Below, piece by piece: positions 26,063 through 35,400 of a stretch of 64,000 bases of DNA. Within the stretch, counting starts at the first letter, position 1, and the number at the start of each line of letters is the position of its first letter. The notes below the pieces were generated by a model that was not told the DNA's origin, did not search any database, and was given only the letters and a program-made list of their open reading frames with translations. Source of the stretch: a virus; IMG/VR virus record IMGVR_UViG_3300037504_000888, positions 1 through 64,000 of that record; one strand, 5' to 3'. The position numbers and the translations under genes were made by a program.

Positions 26063-27158
26063 CATTCGTTGGGGCAGCTACAAGAACTTCGAGGGCCCGT
26101 GGACGCTGGGCGAAGTGCCTTACGAGCTGCCGATCACCCCGACTGACGAAGACAAGGTCATGGCGGTCATCACCGCCACCGAGGGCGGCAAGTACGACGT
26201 CGTCAACATGTACGACGTCTGCTTGTGGACGTGTTCGTTCATTCAGTGGTGCAACCGGGCTCCGCAGCACTCCGTTGACGACCTGCTGACGCACATCCTG
26301 CTCGAGAAGGGCGCTTCTTACTGCGAACCGCTCTTTTCCCTGGCCTCGACCCGCGGCTACATCTTCCGGGTCATCGATGGCAAGGGACGGTTCTACCGAC
26401 AGCAGAACAACGTCCAGGTCGCTACTCCCGAGCTGCAGCAGGACCTCTACTTTGGGGGCTCCACCGGCTACAAGGGACAGTGGCACGAGACGGATAAGTC
26501 GTGGGCCAAGTTGTGGTGTCTAGCTTCAGCTCAGACCTTCGGGGGAACCGAACAGGCTCGAGAGGCCGCGGTGACGTTTACGGCCCCCAAGGTCGTCAAG
26601 TTCTTCGCCTACGGCGCGGGTCGTACTCTGCTCGAGGAGATGCCCCCGAGCTCGGTGGGGCACGCCTGGCGGGCGCTCTACCTCAGCTTTGCGGCCAACA
26701 ACCCCGCCAAGGCCGCCTCGGCCGTGAAGAACGCTCAGAGCTACCTCGGGCTCGAACCATGGACCGAGGTCTGGCTCATCAACCAGGCGCACCATCTGAC
26801 CTTCGACTCTGGCATCAGCATCTACCCACACCGCTACAACAAGATTCGGCCTGTCATCGAAAATCTCTGGGGTGTGGACCTGCCCGATGTATCGGAAGAG
26901 TTGAGGAAGTGGCAGCCGGGCTTCTCCGAGCGTTGGTTTGACCCTGCGGAGGTTCAGCGCGCTCTCAAGGCCCTGGGTTACGACCTGGGTCCCCGCGGCA
27001 TTGACGGGGACTTTGGACGTAAGAGCAAAGCGGCCCTGCAGGAGTTCGAGAGGGACGCCGGTGTCCCTCCAGAGTGCCAAGATGGAATGCCGGACCGGTT
27101 CACTCTGCCCGAGCTTGAGAAGGCGCTGGAGGCGAAAGGACTGAAAGAACTTTCTTGA
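26049..27158 (+). CDS. Putative peptidoglycan hydrolase (lysozyme-like N-terminus, C-terminal PG-binding domain)
   Basis: TEGGKYDVVNMYD..FIQW; VQRALKALGY..IDGDFG..ALQEF. Confidence 0.8.
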   Translation: MNLSDIRWGSYKNFEGPWTLGEVPYELPITPTDEDKVMAVITATEGGKYDVVNMYDVCLWTCSFIQWCNRAPQHSVDDLLTHILLEKGASYCEPLFSLASTRGYIFRVIDGKGRFYRQQNNVQVATPELQQDLYFGGSTGYKGQWHETDKSWAKLWCLASAQTFGGTEQAREAAVTFTAPKVVKFFAYGAGRTLLEEMPPSSVGHAWRALYLSFAANNPAKAASAVKNAQSYLGLEPWTEVWLINQAHHLTFDSGISIYPHRYNKIRPVIENLWGVDLPDVSEELRKWQPGFSERWFDPAEVQRALKALGYDLGPRGIDGDFGRKSKAALQEFERDAGVPPECQDGMPDRFTLPELEKALEAKGLKELS

Positions 27159-27189
27159 CGGGGCGCTGTAGCTGCCGTAGCGTCATCTC

Positions 27190-27260
27190 GCTGTCTTCAT
27201 GTTGTCCACCCCGGACGCCCCGAAGGCCCGCCTGATTGCCCACAGGCGGGCCTTCTCTTT
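27190..27260 (+). ncRNA. Candidate small RNA, about 70 nt
   Basis: TTGACG-17-TAGCGT promoter at 27155-27183, then a short unstructured segment and an intrinsic terminator. Confidence 0.45.
27222..27260 (+). terminator. Rho-independent terminator
   Basis: 13-bp perfect stem GAAGGCCCGCCTG/CAGGCGGGCCTTC followed by TCTTT. Confidence 0.8.
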
Positions 27261-27283
27261 GGCGTAGGTGTTAGAATCGCTGC

Positions 27284-27943
27284 GTGGCTGTAGACCTGCA
27301 GACCGTTCTTCCGCAAGACGTCGTGCCCGTGAGCCGATCTCGGCTCACTAGGCTCGGAGGGTTGTTGGCGCTCGATGTCATCGGTGAGGACTTCCGGGCC
27401 GTCGATGAGGTTCGCATCAACGACATCCAGAGCCCCGATTTCGTGGTGGTGTCGAAGACCCGCCTCATAGCCCAGCTGCCGGACCCTCTTCAGGAAAACC
27501 CGGACGTCTCTACCATCTTCGTGCTCAGTCGCACACTCACGCTGACGACAAAGAGCTTGTTGCGGTTTCGCATTGGCGATACGCCAGGTGCCGTACAAGG
27601 CATCCTGCGCCTACTTCAGCTCTTCGTGAAGCTACTTCTGAGTGAACCGGGCACAGACATCTTCAACAAGGACATGGGCGGGGCCGCCCTACGCAATGTA
27701 GGCGTGACCTTCAATGCCGGTGAGGGAGACACCATCAAAGCCGACTTCACCATCGCTGTGGACCGAGTGGCTCGACAGATCATCGGCATTCAGAGCCGTA
27801 ACGGTCGGTTGCCCCGCAATGAGCGTCTGCTCAACGCTCGACTGCTGGGTGCCACGTTCAGCAGATCCACTGGTTCGTTGTTCGTGAACATCGAGGTAGT
27901 ATCGCAGGACGGTACGCCCGCTCGGGTAAACCTGGAGCTTTGA
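27284..27943 (+). CDS. Putative baseplate wedge/sheath-initiator (gp25-like) protein
   Basis: Precedes the baseplate J-like gene; KLLLSEPGTD..GG resembles gp25/lysozyme-fold baseplate subunits. Confidence 0.55.
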   Translation: MAVDLQTVLPQDVVPVSRSRLTRLGGLLALDVIGEDFRAVDEVRINDIQSPDFVVVSKTRLIAQLPDPLQENPDVSTIFVLSRTLTLTTKSLLRFRIGDTPGAVQGILRLLQLFVKLLLSEPGTDIFNKDMGGAALRNVGVTFNAGEGDTIKADFTIAVDRVARQIIGIQSRNGRLPRNERLLNARLLGATFSRSTGSLFVNIEVVSQDGTPARVNLEL

Positions 27944-27946
27944 AGC

Positions 27947-30900
27947 ATGGCAGTCCGAGACATTGAAGCCTTTCTCCGGCAGGCGGCAGCGAACTTCGAC
28001 CCGAACCTCGATACCAATCCGGGTTCGCCGTTCGACACCAAGATCATTCAGACGCTAGTGCGGCGCATCGGTACCGACCCGTTCAGCGTAGACCTGAGTA
28101 CGTTCTTGAGCACTCGCTTGCAGCAGGCGTATCCGAAGTTGGCTACGGATGAAGGTGACAACCTCACCGACCTGCTCATCAAGCCCATCACGCTGCTCTG
28201 GGACCCCGTGGTGCGGGAGAACACCCGAGTCCGTAGGGGCCTGAGCTTCAACGATCCCTCTACGCTGACACTGGAAGAGGCCGACTCGCTCGGTGGCAAC
28301 TTCTTCATTCCTCGACGGCGCGGACGCTTCTCTCGTGGGCGTGCCCGCATCATCTTCGGCAAGCCCCAGGACGTCAGCGTCAATCAGAACAACTTCATCA
28401 CAAGCCGTGGCGGGCTCGTGTTCTTTCCCTCGTCTTTGCAGAGCATCCGCGCCAACGAGATGCTCATCAACGTCACGCAGGACAATCTCTACTACTTCGA
28501 CATCAACGTCGTCGCCGAGCTCCCGGGCACGCAGTACAACATCGAGGCGAACGAGCTCAACTCTATCGCCAACCTCAACGCTGCAGTGCGGGTCACCAAC
28601 ACCCAGCGCTTTCGGGACGGTGAGGATGAAGAGGATGCCGTCACCTACGTCGGCCGCCTCGAGCAGAGCCTGGGCGAGAAGTCCATGGTCACACTGCGGG
28701 GCATTGCCGCCAAGGTCCTAGAGGCGTTCCCCGAAGTGCAGCGGCTCAACGTGGTCGGCTTCAATGACCCCGAGATGCAGCGCGACGTCATTGTGGGTGG
28801 CGGTCTGGGCCCTGTCGTAGCCTCGGGTGTAGCCGGAGCAGCGACGGACGACACCGAGGGACAGGCTACAACACGTCGTTTCAGCACCACCGAGGTGGAC
28901 TTCGATGTGTTGGTGGGGGCTGCTGGGGGTTTCGTGCTCACAGTCATCAACGGAACGGCTGGCACTGAGCCTGCTGTCGACGTACCTGTGAGGGGCGTCT
29001 ACGACGCCAACGCCATTGATCTCGATGAGTCGGTGTTGGTGCTAGGCCGCACGGGCCTGACCTGGATTCTACGCCGAAGTGAGCTCACCCTCAGTCACAT
29101 CCCGGGCGGCATTCTCTTTCCGAACACCTCCAGCGGGGAGCTCAGAGTCGATAGTGACGCCATCCACGTGGGTGGGGCCTATGACATACACACTCGCCCC
29201 AGCGATGTTGAAGAAGCCACACTCACCATTACCAACGTCACTGACGATGAGCCCGCTCTGAGTGGGTTGGAGGCTTTCGAGAGCACGCTGATCTCCGCTG
29301 AGGGCTTCACGCTACTGGATTACGGTGCAAGTCCTCCCGACGACATCATCTCCGTTGTTGAGCAGGCCGCGCTCGAAGGATGGACGCTGCAGATTCAAGA
29401 GGGTCCCAACGCCGGTAACTACCGAGTGATTGACCGTCAGACCACGCCGGGCAACCAGGTCTTCGTGAGGACGGACCCCGAGCCCCCGAATGTCGACCCC
29501 GAGTACCGCCGTTGGCGTCTCTTCGACCAAGTCAACATCGACCTGGTCGAGCCCAAAGAGACCCGCATCGAGGGTGAGGACCTAGTAGCGGTTCAGGGGT
29601 CAGACATCGTGACGACGGCAGGTGGGGTGAACTTCGACCAGTTCGGGGTAGCCGAGGGCGACACCCTACGTGTGCTCACGGGGAAGAATAAGGGCGACTA
29701 CACCGTCATCTCTGATCCGCTCGTGCCAGGGTTCAACCAGCTCCAGGTGGACCGTGACATGCCCTTCAGCGCAGCCAACGTCGACTACCTCGTCTTCCGT
29801 CCTGGTGATGGCGGCATTGAGCTGCCTCTCGTACGCGTGACGAGCCTTGAGCTGCTGGACTCGAGTTCGCAGCCCCAAGGCTCGTTCATTCCCTACGCCA
29901 AGCCCGTCGACGTGCAGAGCCGGGCCTTTCAGAACCCCGCCCGCGGGGTGAAACATGACTTTCGGGACGCGCGGCTGGGTCTGGTGAGCGCCTCAGCAGA
30001 TCAGCTTACGAAGGAGTTCACCATCACTGGCGGCTCCAACTCATTCAACCTCTATCTGGGTAGTACGGCCACGAGCTATCTCATCACAGTGACGCCCGGC
30101 ACGTACACCGTCGATGCGCTCGTGACTGAGCTCAACACTCAGATTGAGGCAGCGACACTCATCCCCGATGTGGCGGTGAGAGTGAACGAACTGCACTTCG
30201 GCATCCGCCCAGTGGGCAACGGCTACGTAGCGGCGACCAATGGGTCTGCGATGAACGTGCTCTTCGGCGACAGCACGTTGAAGACCACTGCCGACATCCA
30301 GACGGATGAAGTTACAGGCACTTGGGCTTCTCTTAGCCCAGCCATCGACTTCGTCACCGGGCTCGATACGGCGCAGGTGGTCGACGGCCGCAACGTAGGC
30401 TTCTACGGAGGGCCCTTCGTGACCAACGCCGTGCAGGTGGCAAGTTCGTCTGCCCTTATGCCGGGCACGAGCTTCACCGATATCCAACAGGGGCGGGGCC
30501 TGAAGTACTTCGCCCCTGACGTGGGTCGACGGGTCATCATCGGCTCTCGTAGTCTGGGTAGCGTTCGGGTCTATTTCCTCGACCCCACGAGCTTCGAGGT
30601 GGACGAGAATACGATCTTCGAACTCGACCAGGGCGACGCCGGCGTTCTTCGCTTCATCCCTGACCCCACGTTGAGCCACCAGCAGATCCCACCACTGCCC
30701 GACGGTGCAACGCCAGTTGACGGTGAGTCTGCAGATGGTGGAACAACGCTGACTAGTGCCTCGCAGGATTTTGGTCTCAGCGGAGTCAATGAGGGCGACG
30801 AACTAGAGATTGAGAACCACCCACTATTGGGCAGTATCGCACTGTCTGACCCGGTACTCAACCTGGCGGGCAAAACCTTCGTCTACTCCTTGGAAGAAGG

Positions 30901-32017
30901 GGCTGATCGCACCGTGGTCTTCGTGCAGGACGACCCGAGCATCTTATCGGGGGCTGTGACGCTCAACGGCGTCGTCGAACAGATCAACGCGTCGGCAGGC
31001 GTCAACATAGTCAGTTTGGACTCCAACCGCCTGAAGTTCTCTACCGACTTGAAGCTTGTCATCCGCGCCAGTAGTACGGCTACGACTTCTAGTGACTCCA
31101 ACAATTGGGAGCTGCTTAGCAACGTGGCGAACTACACACCCACGCTGCGTTTCAACGACGCCGACATCAGCAATGAGTCACCGCACGCTGGAACCTACTC
31201 TATCATTGGTGTAGAAGGGGATACGCTGACCATCAGCGGTACCTTCCCTAACGACGCCAACTGGTTGAGTCCTGTTGTCGAGCAAACGTTCAAAGTACGT
31301 CGTCGAGGCGTTCAGCGTATTTCGACTACGCAGATGGCGGAGCAGCAGGCTGAGGCCAGCTTGTACTACGCCGACATCGAGCTCGTGAGTCAGGGTGCTG
31401 GAGACGCCTGGAACATCAACAGCGGCGAGCAGCTCATCGTCTCTGGCTACAAGAGTGACGGATACTATCTGACGACGGATGACGAGAATCTGACCTTCAG
31501 CCCTGCCGAACGCCCGAGGCTGGTAATCAGTCGCAGCATCCTCGAGGAGGGGGTGGACGATGACCCGCGGAACGCTACGCAGGTCACGGGACAGAACATC
31601 GAGATCACCTACGACCGTTCGACGACGGTACAAAACGTACAGGACTTCGCTCTCAGTGAGGTTGAGCGCGTGGTTTGCGCCAGTCCGCTCAGCCGTCACC
31701 TCGTTCCGCACTACATCCGTTACGACTACGAGTACTTCGGCGGTAGCGACGAGGACGTGGTGCTAGCGGACCACCAGAAGTACATCCGTGAGCTTTTCCC
31801 GGTGGACACACTCGACGCCAGCGACCTGCAGAAGATGGGCAGTGACCGCGGAGCGACGAAGATTACCAACCCACTCACGCTCATCGCCATCGTGCACAAT
31901 ACCGACCGCAGCGTGTGGATTCAGCGCAGCCAGAACAGCCTGGGAACGACGCGCTTGGCTGCCTTCATCCCCGACATCCTGAACGTGGTCCGCAATGTTA
32001 CCGGGGGAGTGGCTTAG
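27947..32017 (+). CDS. Large baseplate wedge (J/gp6-like) protein
   Basis: VVAELPGTQYNI, VTNTQRFRDGEDEE, VVGFNDPEMQRD; 1356 aa, beta-rich. Confidence 0.75.
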   Translation: MAVRDIEAFLRQAAANFDPNLDTNPGSPFDTKIIQTLVRRIGTDPFSVDLSTFLSTRLQQAYPKLATDEGDNLTDLLIKPITLLWDPVVRENTRVRRGLSFNDPSTLTLEEADSLGGNFFIPRRRGRFSRGRARIIFGKPQDVSVNQNNFITSRGGLVFFPSSLQSIRANEMLINVTQDNLYYFDINVVAELPGTQYNIEANELNSIANLNAAVRVTNTQRFRDGEDEEDAVTYVGRLEQSLGEKSMVTLRGIAAKVLEAFPEVQRLNVVGFNDPEMQRDVIVGGGLGPVVASGVAGAATDDTEGQATTRRFSTTEVDFDVLVGAAGGFVLTVINGTAGTEPAVDVPVRGVYDANAIDLDESVLVLGRTGLTWILRRSELTLSHIPGGILFPNTSSGELRVDSDAIHVGGAYDIHTRPSDVEEATLTITNVTDDEPALSGLEAFESTLISAEGFTLLDYGASPPDDIISVVEQAALEGWTLQIQEGPNAGNYRVIDRQTTPGNQVFVRTDPEPPNVDPEYRRWRLFDQVNIDLVEPKETRIEGEDLVAVQGSDIVTTAGGVNFDQFGVAEGDTLRVLTGKNKGDYTVISDPLVPGFNQLQVDRDMPFSAANVDYLVFRPGDGGIELPLVRVTSLELLDSSSQPQGSFIPYAKPVDVQSRAFQNPARGVKHDFRDARLGLVSASADQLTKEFTITGGSNSFNLYLGSTATSYLITVTPGTYTVDALVTELNTQIEAATLIPDVAVRVNELHFGIRPVGNGYVAATNGSAMNVLFGDSTLKTTADIQTDEVTGTWASLSPAIDFVTGLDTAQVVDGRNVGFYGGPFVTNAVQVASSSALMPGTSFTDIQQGRGLKYFAPDVGRRVIIGSRSLGSVRVYFLDPTSFEVDENTIFELDQGDAGVLRFIPDPTLSHQQIPPLPDGATPVDGESADGGTTLTSASQDFGLSGVNEGDELEIENHPLLGSIALSDPVLNLAGKTFVYSLEEGADRTVVFVQDDPSILSGAVTLNGVVEQINASAGVNIVSLDSNRLKFSTDLKLVIRASSTATTSSDSNNWELLSNVANYTPTLRFNDADISNESPHAGTYSIIGVEGDTLTISGTFPNDANWLSPVVEQTFKVRRRGVQRISTTQMAEQQAEASLYYADIELVSQGAGDAWNINSGEQLIVSGYKSDGYYLTTDDENLTFSPAERPRLVISRSILEEGVDDDPRNATQVTGQNIEITYDRSTTVQNVQDFALSEVERVVCASPLSRHLVPHYIRYDYEYFGGSDEDVVLADHQKYIRELFPVDTLDASDLQKMGSDRGATKITNPLTLIAIVHNTDRSVWIQRSQNSLGTTRLAAFIPDILNVVRNVTGGVA

Positions 32018-32385
32018 CGATGAGTGCCCGGGTCGAGCTCGTCTTCGACACCGTTGAAGAGCGGGGCGTGTCCACCCGACTCCACGATGAGGCCGCTGCG
32101 CGGGTTCATCAGGAGCTTGCAGTCGCAGCAGCGAAGCAGCGCCTGCGGCGTGACTTCTCCGTCTATCCACGTGGTGCCACTTCCTCGCGGCCCCGCTGGG
32201 AACTCCTTCGTCATGCTCGAGCAACCACAGCTGGGGCAGGCGAATTGGCGGTAGAAGGAATCGTCGGTTCGCTGTGCGGGGGCGAGCTCGTCTTCGTACC
32301 CTTCGATGGCCTTGCGTGCGATATCAGGGTGGAGCTCCTGGATTGTGCCGCGCTGTCGAATGAAGTCCTTCAATGACTCAGCCAT
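32014..32385 (-). CDS. Zn-ribbon protein, antisense within the structural module
   Basis: CPSC..CCDC; own TGC-TACTCT-6nt-ATG promoter. Confidence 0.7.
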   Translation of the reverse strand: MAESLKDFIRQRGTIQELHPDIARKAIEGYEDELAPAQRTDDSFYRQFACPSCGCSSMTKEFPAGPRGSGTTWIDGEVTPQALLRCCDCKLLMNPRSGLIVESGGHAPLFNGVEDELDPGTHR

Positions 32386-32433
32386 ATCAAGAGAGTAGCA
32401 TGGGTTGGTGGGGCAGTAAGGTAGGCTGATTAA

Positions 32434-35400
32434 ATGGCAGGCGACGGATTTGGCAATGCTCCTTGGGGCGGCGGGTCTTGGGGTGGAGTTCTGTCGACCG
32501 CTGGCGGGGATGCACCGGAGAACATCCCGTTCACGGTGGACTGGGACATCTTCGACTTGTCGGGAGTGCGTCAGCCGAACGACATGGACCGTGTTCAGTC
32601 CTTCGTCGAGACCAGTACTATCGGTAACGGCGCGTCGTTCTTCATCGCCTCGTTCAACATCTGCTCCGGCGGCACGGCGCCGGCCTACCCCACCGACACT
32701 GCGCAACTGCTCATCGACAAGGCAGTTACAGAGGACTTCACCATTGAGTGGAGGGTGGCATTCAATGACCTGCCGCCCGACTTCTCGGACTTGGTCAACG
32801 AGCATGTCTACCTAGGTGCGTGGAGTCAGCAAGACTTCGCCGTTGGCTTCTTCTTCAGTCAAGCTGGTATCCAGCACACAGGTGAGCTCACACTGACCGG
32901 TGGCAACATCGGTGTCGTTCAGACGCCGGATGACCTACCGGGTAGTAGTAGCTGGATTAAACCTGGCGTTGAGTATGTCATTCGCGCCGCCGTCAACTCC
33001 GAGACGCAGCTGCTTTATCTGTTCGTGACGCCGGCGGCTGACATCGACAGCGGTTCGCCTCCGATTCTTCGAGCCATCCTCGTCGCCAAACCGACGCTGT
33101 TAGCATCTGAAGACAATATCCTCGTTTCTGTGCGGGGAACGGCGACGAATCGCAGTTGCGTAGAGCTCTTCAATTATCAGATGAGCTCTAAGTTCCTGGT
33201 CAGCAATCTGGCCCCGGTGGCGCTCGCCGGAGACGACCAGGCCATCAACCGTTGTAGCATCGTCGAGCTCGATGGTACCAACAGCTTCGACCCCGAGGGT
33301 GAAGAGCTCACCTACGAGTGGCGTCTTATCGACGCGCCGCAGGGATCGATGTTCGTCGTTGAGGGTACTGATGGCGTCACGCAGCCAAAAGCCGTACCCA
33401 CCGGCTTCACCGACCGCTTCTTCAGCGATACACTGGGTGTAGCGGACTCGGTTGAGTCCATCCAGGACGGAGACGTAGTCACCCTCGTCGACGGGTCCTT
33501 CACCATCGTCGACAAGGGTACCGACAGCGGCAATTTCTACGTCGACGTCGAGTACAGTCAGATCCCCGACAGCTACGGTGGCGTAGCCTTCAAACTGCTG
33601 CGGCAGGCAGGCATCAGTAGGCCTACAACGGCCAATCCCACGTTCTACCCTGATGTACTAGGATTCTACTTATTCGACCTTCGTGTGAATGACGGAGAGC
33701 TTTCAAGCTCACCGTTGGGACTCAATCGCGATCGCGTGCTCATCAATGTTGTCGAGAGCGCGCTGCCTCGGGGTTGCGCTGTCGACACGGAGTTCATGTT
33801 CAACTACATGCTGTCGTTCTGGCGGCTGGTGGAGGACAAGGACCGCATCGCTACGTTCTTCGAGGCGGTTAGTCGTGTCGCTTCGAGCGAGCTCTACACA
33901 CTGTGGCAGGTCGAATACTCGAAGAGTCTGCGTGACATCCAGCGCACGTTCGTGCGTCGTTGGTTGCACTACGACCTGTTGTTACCGGAGCCTGTGCCCG
34001 AGCTCACAAGGGTCAGAGATGTATGGAGTGGAGTGACGACGACGGCTCTGCCAGCGGGGATCATCGTAGGTGGTAAGCGACTCATTGTGAGCTCACCGAG
34101 GTTGACAGACCCCGTCGAGATCACCCTGAACACGCCGGGTGTAGTCAGTCCTTCGTACTACGCGCTCGAGCTGCAGACCGTACTGCGGCAAGCCATAGAT
34201 CCCTCCTTCTCCGCTACTTCGTTCCGAGGGCGCGCGGGGCTCGAGAGCATCACGCAACTCGCCAGTTTGCTTTACCCGGACGACGTACAGGGGCGCTACA
34301 TTACAGTGACGGTGGATGGCACCAACGTCGAGTCGGTGACTATTGGAATGCCAGTTGATGCTACTGCGTTCATCGCTGAACTCGTCGCTGGCCTGCCCAG
34401 TGCCTCGGTGACGACCGAGGCCGGGTTGCTGCGCATTGGCAGCAAAACCCTGGGTGGGAGCATCATCATCGATGATGCGAGCACGCTGCTCGGTATTAAC
34501 GCCGGCCCCCTGATTTTCCCTGACAGCACAGCGGAGTCACCTCACTACGTCCGAGTGACGGCGGACGTTCCCTTCACGTTCACCAGCCTCTCCAGCGCTC
34601 CTGGGTTCTCCTACCCGGTCAACAACACACTCCTGGGCGGCCTGAGCGGGCAGAAAGTGGCTGAGCGGACTTTCCGAGCTGACCAGAGCTTGAGCAGCTA
34701 CGGCCTCGCTGAAGGCGACTTGTTGGTCGTGGGCCGGGTGGCGTTCAGTATCGTCCGCATTATCGACGACGAGAGCGATGACTTACCCTTCCAACGGGTG
34801 GTCGTGAACCGCGCCCTGTCTACGGACCTCGATGCGCCGGACGATGCCTCAGAAGCGCCAGCAACCGAGTGGATCGTTCCAGGCTGGGTACAATCCGAGT
34901 TCCTGAACTTCTACAACGGCCTGGTCGACCGCGGGGACTACGTGGACTTCGAGGTGGTGCTGGAGGGGCAGACCGAGCTCGTGGAAACGACAGCGATTGG
35001 TGTAAGCCCCAGTAGGCCGAACCGATTGGGCATCGACACCCCCTCGCTGCGCAGTGTGCTGACGGGCTCTGAGACGTCTGTGCGTTTGGCACGCGTCATC
35101 CGCCGCCACTACGTCCCCGTCGACGCGCGCACGGAGGACATTCCCATCCTCAACGACGTCATCGCCATAGAGGACACCGACGCCGTACTGAGGAGAAACG
35201 TAGACTTCTTCATCGAGGAGTTCCGGGGGCGCAACAGCGTACGCTTCAGTACCGGCGTTGGTGCCGAGCTCGGTGATGTGTGGGAAGGCGACCGCCCGCC
35301 AGACCGGCTGTGGGCCGAGTACACCTTCTTCAACAACGAGGAGCTCATCGAAGCAAACTTCGGTGCCGCTATTGGCCTGACTCGGGATCGAGTGCCCGAC

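Noticed and set aside
32386-32805. N-terminal extension of the 263-aa ORF
   Set aside because: Overlaps the 32434 structural gene; promoter geometry supports a start at 32385
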